Shown here: positions 61,252-64,000 of the stretch, one piece after another
Layout: each line of letters starts with the position of its first letter
Position numbering within the stretch: the stretch's first letter is position 1
Origin: Escherichia phage HMD-9
Sequence record: PV287714.1
DNA length: 64,000 bases
Reading direction: 5' to 3' (one strand)
The notes under the pieces: model-generated
What the model was told of the DNA's origin: nothing
The model's input: the letters and a program-made list of their open reading frames with translations, nothing else
Database searches by the model: none
Translations under genes and position numbers: made by a program

Positions 61252-64000
<2,749 letters not shown>

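Overview
This window is a T4-like (Tequatrovirus-type) myophage genome segment running from gene 46 to gene 17. It is related to but diverged from T4 itself (for example, the gp12 C-terminal half differs). Coordinates 1-43808 are transcribed on the minus strand: recombination nuclease genes 46/47, a-gt, late sigma factor 55, anaerobic RNR nrdD/nrdG with nrdH and nrdC redoxins, endonuclease VII, rI, tk, regB, denV, lysozyme e, nudE, a 10-tRNA cluster, 57B/57A, and genes 1, 3, 2, 4, interleaved with many small accessory ORFs. Coordinates 43856-64000 are the plus-strand late module: baseplate 53, 5, 5.4, 6-11, short tail fiber 12, fibritin wac, neck 13/14, 15, and terminase 16/17 (17 truncated by the window end). 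The accessory region is organised as short units with T4-type early promoters (GTTTAC-N17/18-TA(T/C)TAT), GC-stem/U-run terminators and tight ATGA/TAATG start-stop overlaps. The most interesting content is accessory: eight genes carrying the T4 capsid-targeting N-terminal decapeptide (internal-protein-like, candidate injected effectors), a macro-domain protein, a Pol-beta-type nucleotidyltransferase, an AAA+-like ATPase, a four-gene paralogous array with shared coiled-coil C-termini, a tandem 2-TM membrane-protein family, a GIY-YIG endonuclease-like gene between 47 and a-gt, and a GrcA-like glycyl-radical cofactor. All calls are from reading the sequence and ORF track and from recalled T4 gene families; no database search was run, so accessory-gene functions are hypotheses.
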